A DNA stretch of 64,000 bases from assembly GCA_964430885.1 (NCBI GenBank), contig CAYSHM010000001.1:187280-251279 (forward strand), given 5' to 3'. Shown here in pieces: positions 1 through 9,859 of the stretch. This DNA is from an uncultured archaeon. GTDB taxonomy: Archaea > Thermoplasmatota > Penumbrarchaeia > JASLWR01. A program made the translations under genes and the position numbers. Under the pieces are notes generated by a model. It was not told where the DNA came from. It ran no database searches and saw only the letters and a list, made by a program, of their open reading frames with translations. The number at the start of each line of letters is the position of its first letter. Positions within the stretch are counted from its first letter, which is position 1.

Positions 1-1
1 G

Positions 2-2278
2 TGGGATACACCGTATGAGATCACCAGCAATGACAATATAACGGATACCTATCCTTTGGTATATGGTACAAAACCCTTTGATATGACTCCCCCCCGGCTT
101 CTTTGGGCTGATTTGAGCTCAACTCCCACTACTGGTGATAATTTGACCATCACTGCCGGATTCTATGATAATTACGGTGTGGTGGATCATAAAACCCTAT
201 ATTCTTTCAATGGTCTGAACTATACCAATGTATCTATGGAGATGGTAGGCTTAGGGGTTTGGGAGTCCACATTCAGGGTTTCCAGTACAACTGCCGGCCT
301 GTATTATAGATTCTACATGGAGGATGTAGGCGGGAACAAGGTAATTACTGATCCCGTTTTCATAAATGTGAGGGATAATGACATGCCTGAATTATTGTTC
401 GACTATTCTTTTACAGAACCCACAACCGGTGAGGATATGGAGATCAAGATGGAATGTCAGGACAATATCGAATTGGACCTTTCAGAAGTGTATCTCTATT
501 ACACCTTCTTCGGGATTAATTATACTACGGTCAAAATGGCGGCCAATTCAACTATGATCAATAAAAGCAATTTCTCTGCAGTTATAAAGGTTCCATTTAC
601 AGCTGCCATAGTTCGTTATTCATTCAATATTTCCGATGTTTCCGGGAACTGGTTCAACACCTCCAAGACCTGGATCGAGGTGATTGATAATGATAAACCC
701 TGGTTAGTGGAAGATATCACGGTAAATAATTCCGCCACAACCGGTGATGGTTTTCTGTTCACCGTCAATGTAACTGACAATATTGCAGTTTTCAAGGTGT
801 CTGTCATGTACTCAATAGATAATGGCAATATTCTCAACGAGTCCATGGTCTATCTTGCTGGCGGGTTATGGGAGCAGTTCCTATATCTCCCTGCCAATGC
901 TACAGTTATCGAATATAGATATTATATTCAGGATACTTGGGATAATCACAATTCAACCAAATATTTTAATAAGTCGGTCCATGATGATGATCCACCTGTT
1001 GCTAAGGGGGGGCCTGACAGGATAGTCCATCAGTATTCAACCCTTAACTTCACTGGTAATGATAGTACTGATAATCTGCCACTGGAAGAGTATATTTGGA
1101 CCTTCAGGACAAGTAATGGTACATTTGTTGGTGAGAAAGAAGGTATGAACGTCAACTTCACCTTTGATATGCCTTTCAATCATACAGTCACATTGAAGGT
1201 GGTAGATCCAGGCAACAATTCCGATATGTATCAGATTCAGGTAACTGTTATCAAGGCACCGAATGGCACAGGTAACGACGATGATGATCCAGATGATGAT
1301 TCAGACGATGATGTTGGCCCCGATGATGATGATGATTCAGACGATGATGTTGGCCCCGATGATGATGATTCAGACGATGATGTTGGCCCCGACGATGATT
1401 CAGATGATGATATCAATCCTGATGACGAGAAGAGTTCGAAAAATGACAGCATGTTGGCTCTCTTTATGATTATAGGGGCAGTCTTGCTCATATTGATCCT
1501 TCTCATCATTCTGTTAGTGGTATTCAGAAGGAGGAAGGATGACAAGGATGAGGAGAAATTAGATGAAGAATTAGTGAATGAGAGAGATTCTGAAGTAATT
1601 GATCAATCGGATATTGAAAAAGCTTCAACATCCATTGATGCGGAAAAACCAACGCCCTTCGTCTCCTCTTCAAGTTCTAGTGAGGATAGCATATTTGATT
1701 GTGAGGATTGCGGATCCAAGCTGGAATATATCAAAGAAAGTGACAAATGGTGGTGTGACACCTGCAGTAAATACGACGATGATGACGATTATATTTCACC
1801 AACCGACCCTGGTCTGATGCCCCCTCCTGCTTCACCTGCAGGTGCTTACAGCCACAAGAGTTTACCCCGACCACCCACGAAAACTTCAAGCTACAGATTG
1901 CCTCCGCCTCCAGGAGTAAAAGATGACAGTATTAAATCATTGCCTCCTCCTGTGGATCTACCTACCTCATCCGGGAGCAAGGACCATTTTCCCCCTCCGC
2001 CGGATAATCCACATATTAGCATGGCAAAAACCCTGCCGCTCCCCCCTGATGTAACAATACCTGGGGGAGCTAGCGTAAAGGATGTCTTTGTGACCAAGGC
2101 ACTTCCGCCTGCTCCTCCTGATATCGATGACACGCCCAAGCCCCCTAAACCTGTCAAGACCACTCCTCTGCCATTAATGGACGAGGAGGAGCAGATAAAG
2201 CTCCTGAAAGGGAGATTGATCAAGGGTGACATTACCCTTGAGGAATACCACCAGCTCAAATCCGAACTGGAAGGTTAG
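2..2278 (+). CDS. Membrane-anchored surface protein, 5'-truncated: end of NosD-like region, Ig-like repeats, PKD domain, Asp-rich linker, TM helix, cytoplasmic Zn ribbon, Pro-rich region, SHOCT-like C-terminus
   Basis: Frame is open from position 2 (WDTPYEITSNDNITDTYPL), so the start lies upstream of the window. PKD motif DDDPPVAKGGPD..FTGNDSTDN..EYIW; TM LALFMIIGAVLLILILLIILLVVF+RRRK; CEDC..CDTC; LKGRLIKGDITLEEYHQLK. Confidence 0.85.
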   Translation, partial: WDTPYEITSNDNITDTYPLVYGTKPFDMTPPRLLWADLSSTPTTGDNLTITAGFYDNYGVVDHKTLYSFNGLNYTNVSMEMVGLGVWESTFRVSSTTAGLYYRFYMEDVGGNKVITDPVFINVRDNDMPELLFDYSFTEPTTGEDMEIKMECQDNIELDLSEVYLYYTFFGINYTTVKMAANSTMINKSNFSAVIKVPFTAAIVRYSFNISDVSGNWFNTSKTWIEVIDNDKPWLVEDITVNNSATTGDGFLFTVNVTDNIAVFKVSVMYSIDNGNILNESMVYLAGGLWEQFLYLPANATVIEYRYYIQDTWDNHNSTKYFNKSVHDDDPPVAKGGPDRIVHQYSTLNFTGNDSTDNLPLEEYIWTFRTSNGTFVGEKEGMNVNFTFDMPFNHTVTLKVVDPGNNSDMYQIQVTVIKAPNGTGNDDDDPDDDSDDDVGPDDDDDSDDDVGPDDDDSDDDVGPDDDSDDDINPDDEKSSKNDSMLALFMIIGAVLLILILLIILLVVFRRRKDDKDEEKLDEELVNERDSEVIDQSDIEKASTSIDAEKPTPFVSSSSSSEDSIFDCEDCGSKLEYIKESDKWWCDTCSKYDDDDDYISPTDPGLMPPPASPAGAYSHKSLPRPPTKTSSYRLPPPPGVKDDSIKSLPPPVDLPTSSGSKDHFPPPPDNPHISMAKTLPLPPDVTIPGGASVKDVFVTKALPPAPPDIDDTPKPPKPVKTTPLPLMDEEEQIKLLKGRLIKGDITLEEYHQLKSELEG
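1279..1412 (+). repeat. Coding tandem repeat, about 3.5 units of 30-36 bp, encoding DDDSDDDVGP
   Basis: tcagacgatgatgttggcccc occurs three times, separated by variable numbers of GAT triplets. Confidence 0.9.
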
Positions 2279-2419
2279 AATAAATCGGAATTGCCTGATA
2301 GATACTGAATTTACCTAAGGAATGATATCAGTTAGATTTGAGGTTTAATCTACATATTTTCATAAATAGGGTGGAAAATTTAATAATAATACTATATTCT
2401 ATTTCATTTTGAAATATAG

Positions 2420-4450
2420 GTGAGCCCTTTGAAGAAACTCTGGTCTGCTTTCTTAATTATTGTAGGATTGGTTTTCATCTCAATACTACCTTATTCGGTG
2501 AATTATCGGTCTGTATCGGGTGAACAGGTACCGGATCCTGTGCAGATAGTATCGCCTTCCAATGGGACGGAAGTGTCAGGCGAAATAATAATTGAAACCA
2601 AGGTTTACGGATGTAATTGCTCCAATTATACTTCCTTATACGTTAACCGAGCTTTCATCTCAAATGGAACCTTGTTTGATACTGATTACGAATTTGAATA
2701 TTTCAGACATCAATGGAACACAACAACAGTGTCCAATGGCAAATGCGAGATAATAGTATTTGACAAACACATGGTGTCCTATGATGTGATATATCTTTAC
2801 GTCAGCAATGTTATAGAAAATAACGGAAACGATGACAATACTAGAATTGTTGAGCCCAAGAACAATTCAATTGTTGGAGGACTAGAGACCGTCACGGCCG
2901 AAGTGAGGACTTGCAACTGCACATCCTTCACTTCGCTTCATGTCGATGGTGTACATATTACCTCTGGAAATTTTGTGGAAATGGTCAAGAAGGAAAACAT
3001 TTGGTGGGAGATTTATACCCATAAATGGGATACAAGTAATCATTCTGACGGAGTTCATACCCTGATGGTATTAGGAAAACACCAGGAACATTACCATGAG
3101 ATCGAAGTTATGATCGACAATGATAATCATAATGATAATGGTTCCATAAGGATGCTTTTTCCAAATAATAATTCCTCGGTCAGCGGTAGAATCAGGATCG
3201 GCGTGGAGGTATCATCTTCTTTAGGTATAGGTTATACCTCACTTCACGTTGATGGAGATTTTTCCTCTAACGGTACTCTTGATTCATCTATAGGAGGTTT
3301 GGATTATTTTTCCCATGAATGGGATTCCGCCTCGGTCTCTGACGGTCAGCATGAAATAGGGGTGAAATACTCGAAGGGAGGATTGTCAACGACGGCTGCA
3401 GTAATTGTCAACAACAGTGGTGCCGCTGTACTTGAGAAGCCTGTTTGGATTATTACTCCTGATATGAATGCAGAACTGAAGGATACGGTTTCCATAAGGG
3501 TTGAGGTGAATTCCAAAGAGATCAATGGATCTTCTGTTCTGTATGTTGATGAGCAGTTCATCTCTGAAGGAACATTGGATATCTCTGTTGGGGAATATTC
3601 GTACTTTACTCATAAATGGGATACAAGTAATCATTCTGACGGAGTTCATCTTTTGAAGGTTGAGGTCTCGGGAGGGACTTATCTGGATGTTATATCAGTT
3701 TATGTGAACAATACAGAAGCAATCCGACCTGATACCATGAAAATAGTATCACCTTCAAATAGGTCCAATGTGGAAGGTATAGCCATAATAAAGGTGGATA
3801 TTCTTGAGAATGAAGATGAGAACGGATGCACCCTGTACATCGACGGCAATTATATGGCCAACTATGATAACAGTACTAGAATAAAAAGGAAGGGTGCATG
3901 GTTCAGGCAGTATATTCTACAGTGGAACAGTCGATCCTCCACTAACGGATATCATGATATCATGGTCATGTCTGGAAATATGAAGCATTCTCATCTGATT
4001 TCGGTTTTTGTCCTAAATCCACTGGAGGAAATGGTTCAGAACACAAGACTGTTGTACCCTTTAAACAACACAGTTCTGAACGGCAAGGTCACCATATCAA
4101 TAGAGGTTTTGGTAATTTGCGACTGCAACAGTACGACTCTATTGCTGATAGATGGAAAACCAGTCTCCAATGGAATTATTGACGACCGAAAACTGGTCAA
4201 CGGCTCCTGGTTTGAGATTTTTATTCACCACTGGGACACCGCCTCTATGGGGGACGGTACCCATGAGCTAAGGACTTTGGGAAAACATAAGCAGTATTAT
4301 GATACGGTTATGGTTATTGTGGATAATTCAGATGATGTCGATGATGGTAGCGGTAGTTCAGAAGATACTCCTGGGTTTGATTTTTTTACGTTGTTGATAG
4401 GTTTAATAATCATCATATTTCTTGCCGTTAATAGGTGGCGAAGGCCATGA
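2420..4450 (+). CDS. Secreted protein with six Ig-like (Big_7-type) repeats and a PGF-CTERM archaeosortase signal
   Basis: N-terminal signal peptide; repeats I.SP.N...V.G.I.I...L.VDG...H.WDT....DG.H.L; C-terminal TPGFDFFTLLIGLIIIIFLAVNRWRRP. Confidence 0.85.
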   Translation: MSPLKKLWSAFLIIVGLVFISILPYSVNYRSVSGEQVPDPVQIVSPSNGTEVSGEIIIETKVYGCNCSNYTSLYVNRAFISNGTLFDTDYEFEYFRHQWNTTTVSNGKCEIIVFDKHMVSYDVIYLYVSNVIENNGNDDNTRIVEPKNNSIVGGLETVTAEVRTCNCTSFTSLHVDGVHITSGNFVEMVKKENIWWEIYTHKWDTSNHSDGVHTLMVLGKHQEHYHEIEVMIDNDNHNDNGSIRMLFPNNNSSVSGRIRIGVEVSSSLGIGYTSLHVDGDFSSNGTLDSSIGGLDYFSHEWDSASVSDGQHEIGVKYSKGGLSTTAAVIVNNSGAAVLEKPVWIITPDMNAELKDTVSIRVEVNSKEINGSSVLYVDEQFISEGTLDISVGEYSYFTHKWDTSNHSDGVHLLKVEVSGGTYLDVISVYVNNTEAIRPDTMKIVSPSNRSNVEGIAIIKVDILENEDENGCTLYIDGNYMANYDNSTRIKRKGAWFRQYILQWNSRSSTNGYHDIMVMSGNMKHSHLISVFVLNPLEEMVQNTRLLYPLNNTVLNGKVTISIEVLVICDCNSTTLLLIDGKPVSNGIIDDRKLVNGSWFEIFIHHWDTASMGDGTHELRTLGKHKQYYDTVMVIVDNSDDVDDGSGSSEDTPGFDFFTLLIGLIIIIFLAVNRWRRP

Positions 4451-6935
4451 TTCAAACGGGGGTGGTATTTTGAGAATTTTTTTTAAATTCACCGTTCTTT
4501 TCTCAATACTCCTATTATTCAATGGCTTTTTTCCAATGGCATTTCAAAGCGATTCTTCTCACATACGTTTTCCCTTAGAGACTGACTTCAGAAGATCTAA
4601 GGGCCCAAACGATGGCCCGGAAATGGTTGTGGACAATACTCCGGTTTCAGGAGAAACAGGTGAGCTTTTCACCTTCTCTGTAAACTTTACTGATCCTGAC
4701 ACAGTTTCCATGGTAAAGGTCAATTACACCTATGGCCAAAATATATTTTTCAACGAGTCCATGAACAATATAGCGGGCGATATGTGGAATCTAACGGTCC
4801 AGCTGAGTTCCAATCACACTAGCCTGGAATATATCTTTTTTTCCTGTGATGGGTCAAATGACAATAGTACCACACAGCAGTTTTCTGTTTCAATAATTGA
4901 TATAATTCCTCCCGTTGCCAATGGAGGGCCGGACCGGGATGTCCCCCAGGGTGCCAATTTTTACATCAATGGAACGAACAGCACAGACAATATTAGGATT
5001 GTAAATTATACCTGGAACTGGCATTGTTCAGGGTGCGGTCAGTATCATATCGCCTATGGTCCCGAGCCATTGATCTGGGGTGATGTTCTAAACTTCACTG
5101 TCTACCTCAATGTATTTGATGCTGCTGGAAATTGGGCCAATGATTCCATCAATATCACTATGATCGATATTGTCCCGCCTATTGCCAATGCAGGGTCCAA
5201 CCTGGTAATTGACCAATTTCAAACAGCTGCATTCAATGGATCTTCTTCCGGGGATAATTTCCGAATTGTAAATTATACTTGGTCTTTCCAGTATAACGGG
5301 ATCTTGATCAATTTATTCGGAGTAGAAATCACTTTCCGTTTCGATCTCGCAGGGGTGTATTCGGTAGAACTGTCAGTGGCCGATGCAGCAGGAAATTCCG
5401 CACCCTGGAGTCAAGATACTCTTACTGTTACTGTTCGGGATGTGGAATCTCCCACAGCGATTGCCGGGGATGATGTGGCTATTGATCAGCATGAGAACGT
5501 AACCTTTATGGCTGTAAACAGTCATGATAACGTGAATATTATCAGTTATCTTTGGAATTTCAGCTATGGCGGGGAAATGCGTCATTTGACTGGCCCAATG
5601 CCCAATTATCAATTTCATGAAGCGGGAATATATGATGTTACATTGAATGTTTCAGATGAAAGGGGTAATTATGCAGTTGATACCATGAAAGTTACAGTCA
5701 GGGACATTACACCCCCCACCGCTCATACCAGGGCTGAACATTGGACCGAGGCTTTAGGAGATGAAGTAGTTTTTTATGGGGGGTACAGCCAGGACAATGT
5801 AGGAATAGTCAACTTCACATGGAGTTTACATTACAACAATACTCCCGTCAGTTTATACGGGGAAGAAGTATCCTTCAGGTTCTGGGTTCCTGGGGAGTAT
5901 GTCATTAATCTAAAGGTATGGGATGCAGAGGGTAATACGGATAGGAAAAACTGCAGTGTTGAGGTGGTTGACGAACTACTGCCATTACCTGATGCAGGCA
6001 ATGATTCCACCATAGAAGTAGGTACTTATTTCAAATTCAATGGAAGCGGTACCTGGGACCACTCATCCATAGGCTCTTATATCTGGATATTCACATATGG
6101 TGGACACAGCCAAACCCTGGTCGGAATAGATGCTGCTTTCTGGTTCAATAACACCGGCGAATATTCAGTTATTCTGATCGTAAGGGATGATTTCGAGAAC
6201 ATGGCCCAGGATACAATGACAGTAACGGTTATAGATACTCATCCTCCAGTTGCGGACCCTGGTGTTGATGATTTGATAGTATTCAAAAATGAATCGGTGC
6301 TGTTAAATGCATCCAAAAGCACAGATATCGGCGGTATTGCCCGTTACTTTTGGTCCTTTGATTATAACGGGGAATCAATAGAACACAAAGGTGTGGAATT
6401 CGAGTTCAAGTTCGATAAATTAGGTGACTATTCGTTGATGCTGACTGTGACGGATAATGCAGGCAATGAAGGGATTTCAATCCTGAATATCACGGTTTTG
6501 AACAAAGGCCCAAGTATTGGGGATGATGATGTCGAAGATGATGATAATGACCCTAATGATGATACCGTAGATAACGATGATGATGATACCATAGATGACG
6601 ATATTGGAGATGACGATTTTCCAAATACTGAAAAGGAGAATTCTGAAAAGAAGGTAGGACCTGGGATTAAATTGTTGATATCAATTATTTCAATTGTCAT
6701 TATCCTGCTGATAGTTTTACTGTTTTTCAAAATGAAGTCAAAGAGGAATTTTACAGTCAATAACGGAAAAAATGACCCGGCCATCAATGACGATATTGAG
6801 CAGAAAAACGAAGTGAATCCGGACGGTGGGTTGATAGGTGGATCTGAAGGTCCTGATTCAAGACCGAATAATAATAAAATTGATGAAATTACCAATATAG
6901 GGGTTGAAAAGGAATATGATGGGAAGCGGATTTGA
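4422..6935 (+). CDS. PKD-repeat surface protein with C-terminal TM anchor (true start probably about 4470)
   Basis: About six PKD repeats (PP.A.AG.D..F.G..S.DN..I.NY.W.F), Asp-rich stalk, TM helix followed by basic residues. Confidence 0.85.
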   Translation: MPLIGGEGHDSNGGGILRIFFKFTVLFSILLLFNGFFPMAFQSDSSHIRFPLETDFRRSKGPNDGPEMVVDNTPVSGETGELFTFSVNFTDPDTVSMVKVNYTYGQNIFFNESMNNIAGDMWNLTVQLSSNHTSLEYIFFSCDGSNDNSTTQQFSVSIIDIIPPVANGGPDRDVPQGANFYINGTNSTDNIRIVNYTWNWHCSGCGQYHIAYGPEPLIWGDVLNFTVYLNVFDAAGNWANDSINITMIDIVPPIANAGSNLVIDQFQTAAFNGSSSGDNFRIVNYTWSFQYNGILINLFGVEITFRFDLAGVYSVELSVADAAGNSAPWSQDTLTVTVRDVESPTAIAGDDVAIDQHENVTFMAVNSHDNVNIISYLWNFSYGGEMRHLTGPMPNYQFHEAGIYDVTLNVSDERGNYAVDTMKVTVRDITPPTAHTRAEHWTEALGDEVVFYGGYSQDNVGIVNFTWSLHYNNTPVSLYGEEVSFRFWVPGEYVINLKVWDAEGNTDRKNCSVEVVDELLPLPDAGNDSTIEVGTYFKFNGSGTWDHSSIGSYIWIFTYGGHSQTLVGIDAAFWFNNTGEYSVILIVRDDFENMAQDTMTVTVIDTHPPVADPGVDDLIVFKNESVLLNASKSTDIGGIARYFWSFDYNGESIEHKGVEFEFKFDKLGDYSLMLTVTDNAGNEGISILNITVLNKGPSIGDDDVEDDDNDPNDDTVDNDDDDTIDDDIGDDDFPNTEKENSEKKVGPGIKLLISIISIVIILLIVLLFFKMKSKRNFTVNNGKNDPAINDDIEQKNEVNPDGGLIGGSEGPDSRPNNNKIDEITNIGVEKEYDGKRI

Positions 6936-6948
6936 TTAGTTCTTTAGT

Positions 6949-9627
6949 CTAGCTTTTTTCCTTTTTGTTCTTATTAAATAAAACTAGTATTGAAATAATG
7001 CCAAGTAATATTAAGATACAAATGATGACTATAATAATTGGCCATGCTCCCTCGCTATCAACATCCTTCTTTTCATCCTCAATGATTATATTGATAATTT
7101 CGATGTTTTGATTGCCCCACCCATCCTTCACTCTAAGGGTGATCTGGTAACTCCCAGAACTTTGAAAAATGAAATCCTGCCTTTCACCATAAAGGGTTAT
7201 GTTTTCATTATCATGGGTGAAGCTCCAAGTATAATTTGTAATGCCAGTGTCATCAGAACAGTTACTGGCATCTAGAATAACAGGTTCACCTTTTAACGCT
7301 GAGATGTTATCCGCCAGATATATTGTTGGAGGATGAATATCAAAAACGGTAATCTTGAAAGCGGTTGAATTATAATTATTATTAGTGTCCCTGACCTGAA
7401 GGTTTACCATGTAAAATCCAGGTATATTGAAGGTATGGTTCACGAAATCCTCAAATAATGTAATATTTGTATTCAACCCCGTCAAATGCCATGTATAATT
7501 GGCAATACCGGTGTTGTCGCTGCTTTCCAATGCATTGAAGGCCGTTGATATGCCAGGATAGGCTTTTGGATCCCCAGAGATTACCGCCTGCGGAGCTTCG
7601 GTGTCCATCACGGTGACCAATATCTGATCATCGGCTGAATTTCCTCCTTCATCCACTATTGTCAATTTCACACTGACGGCTCCAGCCTCATTGAATCTGA
7701 ATGTTATGGTAGGTCCGTGCAGGACATATTCTTTATCTTTAAAGATAAATTCCCAAGTGAATTCTTTTATGCCTACATTGTCACTGCAATTCAATGCTGA
7801 AAAGTACAGTGTCTCAGCTTGCATGATAGTTCGATTCTTTCCGGCACTGCAAATGGGATTTTCAGTATCCTTGACGTATATCATTAGAACATCTTCGTCA
7901 ACAATCCCCTTTGTGTTTGTAACCTTTAAGGTAACCTGGTATATTCCAGCTAGATTGAAATCGAAACTGCAGTCTTTACCATAGAGGGCAATGGCAGAAC
8001 CATCATATTCAAATATCCAAGTGTAATTATCGATGCCGGTTTTAGGGTGGCTGCCGCTGCCATTGAAATCCACGGATTCATGCTGGTTTATGTGGAAGTC
8101 CAATCCGGCATCAGCGAACACAATGGCGGACCCATTACCTCCAGGATTTAACAAAGGTTTCCCGTCAGTTACCCCTGCAACGCCGTCCAGCTCGTAAGCG
8201 GTATCCCAGGTTAAGCCGTCATTCGCCGAAGTGGGATACCTGGTTTCGTAATTATCCCAGAAATTACCCATTGTCCCATTGTCCCATTCAGTTCCAGCCT
8301 GTCCACAATATCCCTGTGATCTCAGATATTCACCATTCCTTATGAAAGTATTATTGAATATTGTATTATTTTTTCCTCCCAATACCTTCAATCCATAATC
8401 CTGATTGTCCTTAAATGTATTTTTCACCAGTAAAGAATCCGTACACTGGTCCATGATCAAGCCCAATTTCCGGTTCCCTTCGATTTTATTTCCATTTAAG
8501 GAGATGGCGGAGGATAGAATGATCTTTGCACCACTTTGCGAGTTTTCCATCAGATTACAATTAGATATGGTCAAATTTGTTATGAAGCTGGCTAATAATC
8601 CATAAGTAGCAGATTCCAGGCTTGAGCTAGAAAGTTCAATATTGCTGCAGTTGGAGAAGATAATCTGTCCAAGGTTTTCCTTATTACCCGCCCAATTATT
8701 CTCTTTTGAGTATAATATGGGTTTTTTGTTAACGAGATTGTTAGATCCGATATCATGGCTGTCCCAATGGATGGTTTGGTCCCCGATAATATCCAATCCG
8801 CAGCCAGTAAAATCATTGTTCAATAAACAGCATGCAATGCTCCGTTGAAGTTTTATACCGGTGGAAAGATACTCAAAGACGGAATTGGTAATGGTTACAT
8901 CTCTGCTTTGGTATATCACACATCCAATCTCCCCATCTAAAAAAGTAAAGTTATTAATTCGGACATCGTCGGCCGTTATGTTCATTCCTTTGGTATTGCT
9001 CCGTATTATTGTATCTGCAGTGTTCTCCCCAACGAGATTAATATTTTTATCGATTTTCAGATCTACTTCATATGTACCTTTCGATATATACAGGATAGAA
9101 TTATCTTCAGCAAAATTTATAGAGGCCTGAAGGGAAGGGTATTTTGTGAAAACCTTATTTCCATCAAGCTTCCATCCTGATATTCCGCAGCACATTATAT
9201 TGATGTCTGAAAACCCTGCCGTGCTCAGATTTTCACCTGAAGCTATCCCGTCATATTTTCCTTTTCCGTAAGTGAGAATGGTTCTTCCAGTAGGAATAAG
9301 ATGGGTATTGTTCGAAAGGGTTGAAAGAGGAATGGACACAGCATTCTGAACATGTCCAGACAGATATTCCTCATATTCCTGAACGTCTATGATAACAACG
9401 TTCTCCATATTGTAGACCATGTTCTTGGCTTCAGTAATATTTACTTCTTCATATCCTGGTCCCTCCCGAGTTTGGTATACGCTGGAACAGAAGGCATCAT
9501 CATCAGCTAATCCCAGCGGGGAAAGCAATATCAGTTGAAGTAACAACGAAAATATAATACCTGCAGAAATGTTCTTCTTGTTTTTCACGATGTCCACACC
9601 TAACACCTCATTGACTTTCATAATCAT
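6949..9627 (-). CDS. Surface protein: rhodanese-like domain, NosD-type parallel beta-helix, four PKD domains, TM anchor
   Basis: IIDVQEYEEYLSGHVQNAVSIP rhodanese signature; GNFWDNY..WDTAYEL NosD terminus; PKD repeats; TM followed by KNKKEKS. Confidence 0.85.
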   Translation of the reverse strand: MIMKVNEVLGVDIVKNKKNISAGIIFSLLLQLILLSPLGLADDDAFCSSVYQTREGPGYEEVNITEAKNMVYNMENVVIIDVQEYEEYLSGHVQNAVSIPLSTLSNNTHLIPTGRTILTYGKGKYDGIASGENLSTAGFSDINIMCCGISGWKLDGNKVFTKYPSLQASINFAEDNSILYISKGTYEVDLKIDKNINLVGENTADTIIRSNTKGMNITADDVRINNFTFLDGEIGCVIYQSRDVTITNSVFEYLSTGIKLQRSIACCLLNNDFTGCGLDIIGDQTIHWDSHDIGSNNLVNKKPILYSKENNWAGNKENLGQIIFSNCSNIELSSSSLESATYGLLASFITNLTISNCNLMENSQSGAKIILSSAISLNGNKIEGNRKLGLIMDQCTDSLLVKNTFKDNQDYGLKVLGGKNNTIFNNTFIRNGEYLRSQGYCGQAGTEWDNGTMGNFWDNYETRYPTSANDGLTWDTAYELDGVAGVTDGKPLLNPGGNGSAIVFADAGLDFHINQHESVDFNGSGSHPKTGIDNYTWIFEYDGSAIALYGKDCSFDFNLAGIYQVTLKVTNTKGIVDEDVLMIYVKDTENPICSAGKNRTIMQAETLYFSALNCSDNVGIKEFTWEFIFKDKEYVLHGPTITFRFNEAGAVSVKLTIVDEGGNSADDQILVTVMDTEAPQAVISGDPKAYPGISTAFNALESSDNTGIANYTWHLTGLNTNITLFEDFVNHTFNIPGFYMVNLQVRDTNNNYNSTAFKITVFDIHPPTIYLADNISALKGEPVILDASNCSDDTGITNYTWSFTHDNENITLYGERQDFIFQSSGSYQITLRVKDGWGNQNIEIINIIIEDEKKDVDSEGAWPIIIVIICILILLGIISILVLFNKNKKEKS

Positions 9628-9859
9628 GTCCGCGTCATAAATAGATAATAGCTTTTTTCAAAATTTTTATTTAAATGGCACAAATTTAAGCGCTGGAATA
9701 ATATCTTGATATTCAAACAACTTGGCGGGTATTTATTAATATAGTTCCTTTTATTTTACCAATGACCCTATAATTAAATAAGGAAGATTAAAATATAACG
9801 GCGTGATATCAATCAATGGAATATTCGATCTTTAAATAATCTGTAATGGTGAATAAGAT

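Noticed and set aside
1279-1412. Short direct repeats as a possible CRISPR array
   Set aside because: No unique spacers; the repeats are in frame and encode an Asp-rich linker; no cas genes
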